A stretch of 64,000 bases of DNA from an uncultured Pseudomonadales bacterium (GTDB lineage: Bacteria > Patescibacteriota > Microgenomatia > UBA1400 > UBA12028). The stretch is from contig CAZDWN010000002.1 in assembly GCA_964509365.1 (NCBI GenBank), positions 167,671 through 231,670 on the forward strand. Direction: 5' to 3'. The notes beneath the pieces were generated by a model that was not told the origin of the DNA, did no database searches, and saw nothing but the letters and a program-made list of their open reading frames with translations. The stretch's first letter is position 1, and every line of letters starts with the position of its first letter. The position numbers and the translations under genes are program-made. Positions 50,101-57,991 of the stretch are shown one piece after another.

Positions 50101-51340
50101 AAGTGTCAGCGACTGGCGTATCAGCCGCATTCACTTGCGTTCCGATATTGCTTTCGACTGCAGAGACCAGTTTGGTCCCCACCAATGCGATCGTCCCCGT
50201 TGTCGTGATCTTGGCACGGGCACGATATTCGTCGGATCCGATTCTTCGCAAGATGACACTGACCCCGGCATCTGCACTTGAAGCTGTCGTTGGCAATTTG
50301 TCGATCTTAAATTTAAATTTCATGTCTGCATTCTGGATGGAAACACTATTCAGGAGAGCATATCGACTGAGGCCAGCAGTGATTCCATTGATCGTCGCTT
50401 GTCCATTCGTCACAGCGTAGTCACTCGCAGTTCCTTCAAGTGTGTAATCACCTCCAGCATCTGCAGTTCCCCACCCACTGCTTACCGTACGTGCGTACGT
50501 ATCGGAAGCGCTCGAATAAATTGCCGGTGTCGGCGTCGGAGTAGGAGTTGGTGTCGCGGTAGGTGTCGGACTAGGAGTCGGTGACGGATCATTGTCAGTA
50601 AATGAGTAATCATCAAAGGTATAGAGGAGTGGAGCATTGGTAGAACTCGTAGACAAACGAGCTAAGATACCAGCGGAGCCAGCTGCCTGGAGTGCAACTG
50701 AAGAATCTGTACCAGTGTATTGAGCACTTCCAGGTTCACTATTCCCATCAGCCCAGGCTTTCATCGTCAATGTAGTAGGATTTGTCCCACTGACCGTGAA
50801 CCGAAGTTTGAGGTAATTATCCGCTGTATACGTGAGACCCGCAGCATTGCTCGATGTACCGATCACCGTCTCACTTCCTCCGACGAGGGCTGTTGCCTGG
50901 ATCGCTACCGTGCCATTGGTATTGAAGATGAGACGACCACGATACTCATTGCCTGTGGAGATATGACGGAGTGCCAGATACGCGACTTGGGTCGCTCCCG
51001 CTGAGACTTTATCAACCTTCACTTTCATGGTTGCATCACCGTCGAGCGAGCTCACGCCCGCAAGAAATGCATTTTTATTTTGATTGGCAGCCGTAAGACT
51101 CATCGTCCCTTCGCTGCCCGTGACATTAAACTCTGCAGCAGTACTGATACCGGTCCCGCTGACGGTCCATGCGCCTCCAGTGGTAGCAGTTCCCCACCCG
51201 CTGCTCACTGATCGCGTGAACGAATCCGACGCAGGAGTACCAGCTCCAAAGACGACGGCTCTCGAGAGACCAAAAAATATCGCGAGCATGATGGCGACAA
51301 TAGGGATAAATAGAGCTGGTCGATCGATCGTTCTGTGCAT
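44192..51340 (-). CDS. Giant secreted multi-enzyme megaprotein (2382 aa): three ~220-aa N-terminal repeats, three Cna-B/SdrD-B domains, a PLC/AcpA-type phosphoesterase, a metallophosphatase, a GH99-like domain, FN3 domains and a basic C-terminal tail
   Basis: Signal/TM at the N-terminus. The N-terminal repeats share [FY][TA]R.VSSGWG[TS]A..GG.[WY]T. SdrD-B-like domains are present (KVYVDLDGNGVQDISESGYQGVTVSITG...DATGDYTF). The phosphoesterase region has TIVLENEDGANVIG...FVMWDEDSG. The metallophosphatase has AAAGDIACGAGS, LGDNQYEDG, SVGNHEY and VGHDHNYERF. A GH99-like YYATFFYNWYKNPNTDGSNQW...ASWWGQ region and P/T linkers are also present. Confidence 0.75.
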   Translation of the reverse strand: MHRTIDRPALFIPIVAIMLAIFFGLSRAVVFGAGTPASDSFTRSVSSGWGTATTGGAWTVSGTGISTAAEFNVTGSEGTMSLTAANQNKNAFLAGVSSLDGDATMKVKVDKVSAGATQVAYLALRHISTGNEYRGRLIFNTNGTVAIQATALVGGSETVIGTSSNAAGLTYTADNYLKLRFTVSGTNPTTLTMKAWADGNSEPGSAQYTGTDSSVALQAAGSAGILARLSTSSTNAPLLYTFDDYSFTDNDPSPTPSPTPTATPTPTPTPTPAIYSSASDTYARTVSSGWGTADAGGDYTLEGTASDYAVTNGQATINGITAGLSRYALLNSVSIQNADMKFKFKIDKLPTTASSADAGVSVILRRIGSDEYRARAKITTTGTIALVGTKLVSAVESNIGTQVNAADTPVADTYYWIRSQVTGINPTTMNLKLWKDGDAEPGSWTFTGTDSESGLQAPGAVGVRSSLPAAVNNAPILFTYASLTADTIAPTPTPTAAPTYSLSGKVYVDLDGNGVQDISESGYQGVTVSITGTTSASTTTDATGDYTFATLPAGTYTETITLPNGYLSTTTNPVTVPLSTNTVSNVGIQQSTTSTVAMDTFTRIIANGWGSADTGGSYTQVGSASAFLVDGAQGTIVLTATGSANQRTVRLDNVSAQNVDYTVKIKYDKLPDVSTGNYVYLIGRHVSSGNEYRGWVRVDPSGHVFLRSSKILTNAETGLGTETQVAGLTYTVGSWLDVHVQLQGGAPTTINARAWLDGNTEPSSWHYTTTDSATILQQAGSIGLLGRLGAVTNMPVSVSFDDLQVQNSTIVTPTPVPTPVPTPVPVVPYSFSANITKVFTIVLENEDGANVIGNTTSAPYLNSLVSGVNTDGSLNAVHSNVVYAQNYRSVLPSETLSGYLHPSEPNYIWMEAGTNIFSDITFTVDDTPTSSSTTSSAHLATQLNTAGKVWRAYQENKPSGCPIGNGTRFIPRHSPFVFFQDVSSLLAPGGIGTPNASSTYCIAHEFDFTQLSSDLAGTGNGVADYNFITPNTCNDGHDAGCPGGEDKIKNADTWLSTNLPTILNSATYQAGHAAIFVMWDEDSGSTTNRPIGMIAISPQTKGHGYSNSRTYSHSSYVKTIQNIFGLTPLLGHAADVGTEDFSDLFGDPVIAAAGDIACGAGSTSASCQETATSDTIADINPSAVLPLGDNQYEDGSLADFQTHYDPTWGLFKSITAPSVGNHEYLTTSAAGYFDYFNGVGIQSGNAGNRSLGYYSYNIGNWHLMALNTNCSQAGGCDNGSPQDVWLKADLAANAGKCLLAYAHHPRYSSGQQPHNAGVDNLYGDLYAAHADVFLVGHDHNYERFYPTNNSGFVDNTNGITEFVVGTGGRNHTQLSSNGLDVNSAVFDATTFGVLKMTLHQSSFDYEFVPSASTQNFTNGTFTESGSADCHFLTAAATPTPSPTPTPTPAVPVSITGTVYLDSNHDGVQDLNEAGQAGVTVKLSGTGSSSSTTDSFGIYTFSNLTSGSYSVTARLAAGYTATTADPVTATFTNDSTVNFGIKTVDTAFQPAAPYYATFFYNWYKNPNTDGSNQWGIWADPDANGTHVPPANWYSNYLPQPVVDTFTPSTSLYSSNDYNIFKWQLTKMAHAKQEVAIASWWGQGDRSDVALSHQLTDFMSRPDNPYPNLRWAMYYECEGGTCNGTTNPSVSQLTSDLNYIASNYANQSSYLRINNKPVIFVYATPTDGGTSNTNCNDSTMTARWKQANDAAVTPFYVVLKVFGGYTTDACQPDSWHQYAPAVRTDSQGAYAYMISPGFWLTGDIVRLPRDLSAFSTAAQSMVASNATWKLVETWNEWGEGSSVEPGVEVSQANSTASATVNPNGSLFEENYIDVLHTYLPDLPEGTGVNTSPTPTPSPTFSLTGTLYIDTNQNGVQDNAETGYANQLISLSGSSNSSTTTDSSGNYTFSSLNQGTYTVAYTLPNGYTGTTPNLVDVSVTTNTSVNFGMIATSSPTPSGNLTISDLSITPTSTGAILTWTTNLLADSELSYGLTSFYTANSSADLDGVTNHSVTLSGLVNCSTYHVQIKSLNDVGDSAVSDDQIFTSQGCSGNSGVLKESDGQVAFSSGGIVDGFDANGHGMRLYVPIGYSTHSAVFQIHQLDSSIALQGLFLPNGYNTIGNHTYDVKAFSSITDTITDFDQPISMTIAYSESELNRINRSSIAVMQYHNGAWSQANCSNSLDAFQITCSISQFSLFTLVSTQNLLSDSGSGSSTSIAETTCVDMPPLGAPVIYQIDASATTATLYMAPPTRPYTSFVVSYGVNWHDDYYAYNFPITSSSGAVPIQIGALRPFTYYTFKVRAKNNCAPGNWSGTFVMRTGFVPYRKTKYYLWQQKSLASTVRRRK
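48910..51235 (-). repeat. Three diverged intragenic repeats encoding the ~220-aa N-terminal modules of the megaprotein
   Basis: The protein repeats span residues about 35-250, 270-490 and 590-810, separated by PTPTPT linkers. Confidence 0.5.
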
Positions 51341-51400
51341 TTCAATGAATATTCAGTACTGGATCACTATAACAATTTTGGAGAGGAAATGTAATCGCTA

Positions 51401-52108
51401 TCACTGTATGAACTCAAAGTTATTCATAAGCGTGGCTAGGAACGCATCATCGACTGGTTTGCCGGCAATAATGAGGTTGTATTGCAAATTGTTCTTGATA
51501 AAGTACAGTCGAGTCTCGCCTTTGGAGCTGCAGGTAATATTCTTAAACAAGAGACCGGAGACTCCGGCGATCGAGACTGGCTCGCCTTTGAGTGTCTCCA
51601 CGTCTTCACACTCGGAGCTATTGAGCACGTAGTCATGCACAGTCTGCGGAACAAGATTTTGACTATACTGCAACAGGACATATGGAGCTTTATTCAAAGT
51701 AGGAGAGTCAAGCTCGACGACATTAGAAACTGGATGGTACGAAGTCGTATTTCTCACGTGCACATAATTGACGTGAATGATCAAATCTGAGGGGTACTTG
51801 AGGCGAAATTTTCCGTCGTTGCTTTCATACACGGTCAGTCCAGTCACTTTGTCCACCGTGAGGATTGGTTTTGGCTCATTCGTATCTGCAAAACTCATTT
51901 GTGATCGACGAATATTGATCGACGCGACGCGAAAGACGAGATAGGCAAGGACGATATACCCACCCCAGAGGATTATTTTTTGTGACGGGACGGATGTCTT
52001 CATATTGCTACAATACACTATGGTCCATCCTTCAGACAAGATTCGATACCGACACCTCTTCTCGGAGACTACTCGCCCGTTGCCACTGAAAGTGGAAGTG
52101 AACGACAC
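51401..52108 (-). CDS. Hypothetical membrane-anchored protein (likely start MKTSV near 52003)
   Basis: TM helix IILWGGYIVLAYLVF. Divergent from the plus-strand metallophosphoesterase gene. Confidence 0.4.
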   Translation of the reverse strand: MSFTSTFSGNGRVVSEKRCRYRILSEGWTIVYCSNMKTSVPSQKIILWGGYIVLAYLVFRVASINIRRSQMSFADTNEPKPILTVDKVTGLTVYESNDGKFRLKYPSDLIIHVNYVHVRNTTSYHPVSNVVELDSPTLNKAPYVLLQYSQNLVPQTVHDYVLNSSECEDVETLKGEPVSIAGVSGLLFKNITCSSKGETRLYFIKNNLQYNLIIAGKPVDDAFLATLMNNFEFIQ

Positions 52109-52766
52109 TACTCGTGTGGCAATATTCTCTGACAGTCATTTGGATCTTCAATTTGATTTTGAGCGTTTGCAAAAATTAAAGTCCATGATTGAAAACTGCG
52201 ATCTCGTCGTGATCAATGGTGATTTTTGGTTTGATCAAAATACGACGTTTGAAGCATTTCTGACATCACCATGGTCAGAACTCTTTCCACTTTTACGCTC
52301 AAAAAATACGGTCTATTTGTTTGGAAATCACGACATGCCGCAATTTTCCGACGAGAGAATAGAATTGTTCAGTTCTCAAGCTGGTTTTGAACTAGATTTG
52401 ACTGCAGGAAAATTAAAATTTCATATCGAGCATGGGCATCGCTTATCGTCATGGAGCGTGCGACAGGTGCTCCAACTTTTTGAGTCTCATCCTATGGCTC
52501 TCGGACGCCTGACATCTCCATTCGGAGCAATCACAAATCTGATTATAAACACTGGCAAGCGTCGGCCAAAAGGACTTTCAAAACTTGCAAATGACGCCTT
52601 CAAGCGAAGGTACCAAAACAAGGGTGAGGACTTTTTTGTCATGGGACACACGCATGTCGCCGAAGTCGATGTGGTGGCAAAGTACATCAATCTTGGTCGG
52701 ACTCACGGTAGGGATTTTTCCCTTCTGACGATTGTGGGAAATCAGTACAGCTTGCACGCAACCTAA
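52005..52766 (+). CDS. Cytoplasmic metallophosphoesterase (calcineurin-like; LpxH/YfcE-type)
   Basis: Motifs VAIFSDSHLD, VINGDFWFD, LFGNHDM and VMGHTHVAE. Confidence 0.6.
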   Translation: MLQYTMVHPSDKIRYRHLFSETTRPLPLKVEVNDTTRVAIFSDSHLDLQFDFERLQKLKSMIENCDLVVINGDFWFDQNTTFEAFLTSPWSELFPLLRSKNTVYLFGNHDMPQFSDERIELFSSQAGFELDLTAGKLKFHIEHGHRLSSWSVRQVLQLFESHPMALGRLTSPFGAITNLIINTGKRRPKGLSKLANDAFKRRYQNKGEDFFVMGHTHVAEVDVVAKYINLGRTHGRDFSLLTIVGNQYSLHAT

Positions 52767-52786
52767 TTGTTGTTCGAAAGCATTTA

Positions 52787-53155
52787 TCAACGCTTCGTGA
52801 TTATCGATTTCACTTTCGATAAAAGTTCATCCATTTCAAATGGTTTGGCGATAAAATCGTCAGCACCGGCAGCTTTCGCTGATTCCTTGACGTCGCGACT
52901 TGCCGATACCATGATGATTGGCAGTGCCGCAGTCGACTTCTTTCCTTTCAAATACTTGCAAACATCTCTCCCATCTGCTCCCGAGAGCCAAATGTCCAGG
53001 AGTATCAAGTCAGGCAGCGGCGCAGACAGCGCTCTGACCACCTTGGTGTCATCGGTGGTGCGCACGCTATATCCTTCAGTTTCCAAGATCATGGTCATAG
53101 CGTCGGCGATCGCTGGATCATCTTCGGCAACGAGGATAGCATATGGTGAGTTCAT
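52787..53155 (-). CDS. Stand-alone response-regulator receiver domain (CheY-like)
   Basis: ILVAEDDPAIADAM...LILLDIWLSGADG...PIIMVSA...GADDFIAKPF has the full acidic pocket and conserved Lys. Confidence 0.8.
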   Translation of the reverse strand: MNSPYAILVAEDDPAIADAMTMILETEGYSVRTTDDTKVVRALSAPLPDLILLDIWLSGADGRDVCKYLKGKKSTAALPIIMVSASRDVKESAKAAGADDFIAKPFEMDELLSKVKSIITKR

Positions 53156-54774
53156 AGGGTTGATCGTTTCTTTGAATGCTTTCGTTCGGACTGGACTGGA
53201 AGTGTAAAAAAGAACTGTGAACCTCCCGCCTCACCACTTTGCACCCAAATCTTCCCTCCTTCGCGCTTGATAATTTCTGAGGAGATAAAGAGTCCTAGTC
53301 CTGGATACGTATTTTGGTCAGGTCCGCTGACGCGAAAAAATTGTTCAAATACTTTACTTTGCTTCTCTTTGGGAATTCCAATCCCAAAATCTTGGACACA
53401 GAGCGTGATCTTGTCAGACAATGTGGAGGTAACGATTATTTTCGTTCCTTCTGAAGAATACTTAATTGCGTTGGAGAGTAAATTGGTGATGACTTGACCC
53501 ACTCGTTCACGATCTGCATGTATCATCGCAGACTTGTCTAATTTCGATAGTATGGTGTGTTTTTCCGTTGTGATTTGAAGCTCATCGACCACTTCTTTGA
53601 CGAGCTCATTAAAATCAAAATCTGCTTCATGGAATTCCAGTCGACCAGATTGAATTTTCGTCACATCGAGAAGATCACCGATGAGATTGGTGAGTTTATT
53701 GATTTGGGCATCCATTTTTTCAAGCTGCGCCACAGCGAGCTTATCTCCTTTTCGCGAGAAGATGGTCTGCAAGACTTGACCGTACGCTTTGATACTGGTC
53801 ACCGGTGTCTTGAGTTCATGACTTGCGATCCCTAAAAATTGATCCTTTTGACGTTCGAGATCCTTCTGTCTAGTGACATCACTGATGATAGATGCAGCCG
53901 CGATGACCACGTGTGATTTGTTGTGAATCGGTGCCGAGCTCACTTGCAACGATACTTTTTTACCATCTCTTCGCTCAAACTCCATCTCTTTCCCAATGAT
54001 TGGCTTTCCGGTTTTGAGAGCTTGAAATAATGGAGATTGGTTTGGATTCAAGGGTTTCCCGTTTATTTTTTCGTCACTCAGTGAGTCTTTCCCAATGATG
54101 AAACCAAGTGGAATCTGTACTCCTATTATTTCATCGATTTTTTGATTTCGCTTTGTGACTCTCCCTTCGCTGTCGGTAATGATAACGCCAACTGGCAACT
54201 GCGCAATAATCGTCTCCAGTCTTCGTCTCCCGTCAGATTCCTTCTCGATCAGCTGATCAATACTTTGCTTCAGCCAGCCGATGACGCCAGCAAGGAAGTA
54301 ATACAGTGCCGAAAGCGCAAATGTCGTCTCGATCGCTGCATCAAGTTGCTCGCCACTATACCCACGCGTATATATGATGTACATGAAATAGGCAATGGTG
54401 ACACTGGCGGAAATGAAGCCACCTCGAATTCCATCCCGAAAAGCAAAGTAGATGGCTAAAGAGGCACTGATGAAAATGATATATGCCCCGACGATATTTG
54501 GATTGTGAAGTATTCCGAGTGCCAAGACTTCCGACAAGATAGCCATGCCTAGCGTCGCCAAAAAAGGTAAGACTATTGAGTACTTTCCTTCACCGAGATG
54601 CGCCATGGGATTGAGATACGAGATAAGGCGCTTCATAAAGTCGTTGGCGATAAGGCCTCGGTAGCAGGGCCATGGATGACTTCTCCCGACGATGTAAATC
54701 GAGACCCATGGCAAGGACAGTCCCATGATCGCTCCATCGTATTCCAGTTCACTGCACAACCCATGTGCGTGCAC
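53152..54774 (-). CDS. Membrane sensor histidine kinase with a PAS domain (likely start MKRLISY at 54636)
   Basis: Multiple TM helices, a PAS-like region, an H-box IASHELKTPVTSIKAY, an N-box NLLSNAIKYS and a G-box DFGIGIP...GLGLFIS. Confidence 0.8.
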   Translation of the reverse strand: MHAHGLCSELEYDGAIMGLSLPWVSIYIVGRSHPWPCYRGLIANDFMKRLISYLNPMAHLGEGKYSIVLPFLATLGMAILSEVLALGILHNPNIVGAYIIFISASLAIYFAFRDGIRGGFISASVTIAYFMYIIYTRGYSGEQLDAAIETTFALSALYYFLAGVIGWLKQSIDQLIEKESDGRRRLETIIAQLPVGVIITDSEGRVTKRNQKIDEIIGVQIPLGFIIGKDSLSDEKINGKPLNPNQSPLFQALKTGKPIIGKEMEFERRDGKKVSLQVSSAPIHNKSHVVIAAASIISDVTRQKDLERQKDQFLGIASHELKTPVTSIKAYGQVLQTIFSRKGDKLAVAQLEKMDAQINKLTNLIGDLLDVTKIQSGRLEFHEADFDFNELVKEVVDELQITTEKHTILSKLDKSAMIHADRERVGQVITNLLSNAIKYSSEGTKIIVTSTLSDKITLCVQDFGIGIPKEKQSKVFEQFFRVSGPDQNTYPGLGLFISSEIIKREGGKIWVQSGEAGGSQFFFTLPVQSERKHSKKRSTL

Positions 54775-56144
54775 ACTGCAGACAATGCGCAGACTTTGCC
54801 ATGTTCATCTCTGCTAACCGCAATCGGCTTGCCTCCACGAGATATGACAGTACCTTCGCCCTTTCGCAATGATGTGAGATTGACGTCGTCGTGAGGAAGG
54901 ATCCGAGAAGAATAACCTTTGACTACTCCACAACTGAGATCTTTGAGCTCACCTACCATAGCCAACGGTTTCAAGCGTGTAGGATCATACAGCGATGCCC
55001 ACTCATTTTCCTTTTCGGTGATGAGATCAGCAAGAAGCATGCCAGAGAGCACCCCAGTACTCATCCCCCACTCGCCAAACCCAGTGACTACAAAGATGTG
55101 ATCAGCCGATGGCATTTTCCCGATGAGTGGCACACGATCAAGCGAGCCAGCGTCTTGCGCTGACCACTCAAAATCTACCTTCTTGAGAGAAAATCGAGTC
55201 ATGACCGCAGTTTTGAACTCGTCAAAATACGCTTGCGTGTCAGCATGTTGTCCTGCCGGATGCGCTTGACCTCCCACGATCAGCCAACGCGTATCTCCAT
55301 CCGTAAACGAGCGATAGGTGTACTCGTCATCACCGAGTCCAATATACATATCAGTTGGGAATTCATCTGGACAAATAAAAGCGAGTGCGTACGAACGCAT
55401 TTGGTTGAGTCGAAGGTACAGATGATCGTGGTCAAAGATGGGGTAATTGGTTGCGATGACGACATCATCGGCAGTTATGGCATGTGACCCGGACTCTAGG
55501 AGGATCGGAGACTCATTTTTGACCGTTTTGACTGTTGTGATCCTGGTGTGCTCAAATATTTGACCTCCGTTGTCCACAAAACGTTTGGCCAGCTCCAGTA
55601 AAAATGCTCGCGGATGAAACTGCGCTTGATTCTCGATTTTCAGAGCAGAGGTAATTTTCGCAGGGAAGTGATCGACTACATCTACGAGCTCGATCGGTAA
55701 CTTGGACTTTTGAAGCACATCGAACTCGCTTTAGATGCTCTCTTCTTGGCCACTAGACCCGGTATACAGATACGCACTTCGTCGTTCAAATCCACACTCG
55801 ATGTGTTCTTTTGTGATGACTTCTGCCAGATGATCGATCGCCTGTTGATTCGATCGGGCGTACATCAAGGCTTTGTCTTCACCAAAATGAGACTTGAGAA
55901 AGCCATACTTTGCGTCATGCAAGATTGTTACTTTGGCCGTCGTAAAACTGGTCGTCCCTTGCCCTATTCGGCCAGCTTCAAACAGGGCGACTTTTTTTCC
56001 TCGAAATTGCAACTCGTAGGCACTCATCAAACCAGCTATGCCGCCTCCTATGACCGCCACTTCAACTTGTAGATTTTTTGACAATTTTGGATACGAGGAT
56101 TTGGCAGAGGTTGCGGTCCAGACGGATTGATGACGAGATTCCAT
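54633..56144 (-). pseudogene. FAD-dependent oxidoreductase (DAO family) fused to a C-terminal Rieske [2Fe-2S] domain, interrupted by a single in-frame TAA at 55731-55733
   Basis: The upstream fragment (55731-56144) has the FAD dinucleotide fold VAVIGGGIAGLMSAYEL...VALFEA. The downstream fragment (54633-55718, GTG start in the same frame) continues the DAO fold and ends with the Rieske motifs CTHMGC...CPCHGSRF. The order ...EESI-TAA-SEFDV... is in one frame. Confidence 0.5.
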
Positions 56145-56209
56145 CGCTATAGCATACGTTCGACACGTAAGAAAAATGTAAAAATCGAGTGAGAATGGTA
56201 AAATAAGAA

Positions 56210-56566
56210 ATGCCTTCAGAAAAAGACAACTTCGACCTTTCAGATTTAGCAAACCAGTTCACCGACGAAGCAGATGAGTCAGTGAGAGCGTTTGAGAAGC
56301 TCACAAACATCGTAGGAGGTGAGAGGGAAGCGAAATGTTTGCAAGTCCTCAAACATGCTCCACTGGTCATTCGAACAAAAATTGATCCCAGCTCTACTCA
56401 TGACGTCAGAATTGCGTCTGAGCTCGATTTTGACATCGGTGAAGCTGCTATGTCCCTGTGTTCACAAGGATTTGCAGCGGAGACTGCTGCCCCCTCTGAT
56501 TTGACAGTCCAGTCAGTATCAATTACAGAAAAAGGGAAACAAGTACTTTCAGATCTTGGTTTGTAA
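56210..56566 (+). CDS. Hypothetical protein
   Basis: 118-aa ORF. Confidence 0.3.
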   Translation: MPSEKDNFDLSDLANQFTDEADESVRAFEKLTNIVGGEREAKCLQVLKHAPLVIRTKIDPSSTHDVRIASELDFDIGEAAMSLCSQGFAAETAAPSDLTVQSVSITEKGKQVLSDLGL

Positions 56567-56851
56567 GGTGAATTGCTCCAGAGCCTTTGCGTAGGCTTCT
56601 TCTGTATCGTGAGTATGATACGAATACGCCATCCAATCAGTAGTGCAAAATTGCTCCCAATACCTTTCAAACCCTCCACACAGTTCGACACGAAGAAGTG
56701 CCCTCTGCACATTGTCGGCTGCCCGTCTTTGCGATTCTGGAGTTGGTTCAATACCCCGAAACGTCACAGAATTGGTTCGTACAAGATCAACCCAGAGCAT
56801 CTCCTGAGGATTTTTCATTTCCTCTTGTGAAAGTGTGAGCACTTCAGTCAT
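56549..56851 (-). CDS. Hypothetical protein
   Basis: 100-aa ORF. Confidence 0.3.
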   Translation of the reverse strand: MTEVLTLSQEEMKNPQEMLWVDLVRTNSVTFRGIEPTPESQRRAADNVQRALLRVELCGGFERYWEQFCTTDWMAYSYHTHDTEEAYAKALEQFTLQTKI

Positions 56852-56896
56852 GCATGTGAGTGTATCGTGTGACAGACAGTCTGTACGTGATATCGC

Positions 56897-57934
56897 TCAC
56901 TGATCTGCGAGGACGATCGCTTCATTTTCAAGAAATGGTAGCAATTCATTGAGCGATTTTGCGGCGTGACTTATCTCTTCAGGGAGTCCGATCGCCAGTT
57001 GGCGCACTCGACCCTCTTCTGCAAAATACTGGTCGACGTGATCGAGAGCAAATTCTTCTCTCGTTTCATAGATTGGAGCGAGTGTCGTCAGCGCAAGTTT
57101 GAGTGGAGCCGATTCGTAGATTCGCAAACCGATATTTGAGCCGCCGGGTGAAAGTCGAACCTCTTTGGTATGTAGCGATTCCTTGCCTAGCAATTTTTCA
57201 TGTCCAAATTGCCGTGGCAGTCCATTCGCATCGATAAACACCGGATACTTTGGCACTTCCATCATCGTAGTCGGTAAGATCACATCGACAGGTGCCTTTA
57301 CCTCGTGGAGGACATACTGACACAGCAGTGAAAGTTCGATGGTACTTGCGGAAGTGACGTCACCTCCAAAATGAGTGACTACATACGGTCTACCAGTAAT
57401 TACTTCTAGATGTTGGAGCAGCGCATCTGCATGACCAAATGGTTTCTCTTTTCCCGGTCGGATCTCTTGCTTCAGTAAGAGTGAGTTCTGGATACCTGCA
57501 CCAGTGGTAATGTCTTTGATTTCATTCACTTCATTTGCTTGTCCGTAGATGAGCACGTGCGCTGCACCAGCCTTATGACTCACGAGATTGCGCACGCCGT
57601 ACAGATTGTATGCGAGGATTGGAATTCGCTCGCCAGTGTACGTGTTCGTGAGCAAATTCGGAACCAGAGCCAGAAACCGAGACTTCCCTCTGACTATTCC
57701 ATACTTCATGGCCACTTGAGCCCCCTCAGGATCATCAAATGACTTGTCCCATCGACTCGCTGCACCACCCACGATGGTGACGACAGTCGTCTGTGGTGCG
57801 ACATTCTTCAAAAAATCTTCCATCGAATCAAATGCGGCCAACTTCAATAGTACTTCTTCGAGCTCGTCTCGTCGTTCACGGGCTTGCTTCCAATCGGTTG
57901 TAATCAATTTTTCAAGTATTTCGGCGAGTTCCAT
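56897..57934 (-). CDS. Putative nucleotide-sugar pyrophosphorylase of the UDPGP family (UDP-sugar/UDP-GlcNAc pyrophosphorylase-like)
   Basis: TIVGGAASRW and KPFGHADAL resemble the UDPGP-family Gly-rich loop and the KPxGHGD motif. The assignment is tentative. Confidence 0.4.
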   Translation of the reverse strand: MELAEILEKLITTDWKQARERRDELEEVLLKLAAFDSMEDFLKNVAPQTTVVTIVGGAASRWDKSFDDPEGAQVAMKYGIVRGKSRFLALVPNLLTNTYTGERIPILAYNLYGVRNLVSHKAGAAHVLIYGQANEVNEIKDITTGAGIQNSLLLKQEIRPGKEKPFGHADALLQHLEVITGRPYVVTHFGGDVTSASTIELSLLCQYVLHEVKAPVDVILPTTMMEVPKYPVFIDANGLPRQFGHEKLLGKESLHTKEVRLSPGGSNIGLRIYESAPLKLALTTLAPIYETREEFALDHVDQYFAEEGRVRQLAIGLPEEISHAAKSLNELLPFLENEAIVLADQ

Positions 57935-57991
57935 ATTATGTAGTATAAAGGAAAAAATTGTCGTCTACCTATAATCTTGTAATTTTGTGAT

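Noticed and set aside
26032-51340. Whether the surface island is a prophage, integrative element or genomic island bounded by mobility genes
   Set aside because: No integrase, transposase, tRNA attachment site or flanking direct repeats were seen. It looks like a chromosomal paralogous expansion rather than a discrete mobile element.
55731-55733. Alternative genetic code or stop-codon reassignment as an explanation for the in-frame TAA (and for the atpH frameshift)
   Set aside because: TAA terminates atpD and TGA terminates secA and the 44192-51340 gene, and all long housekeeping ORFs are uninterrupted under code 11. An isolated lesion or sequencing error is more likely than recoding.
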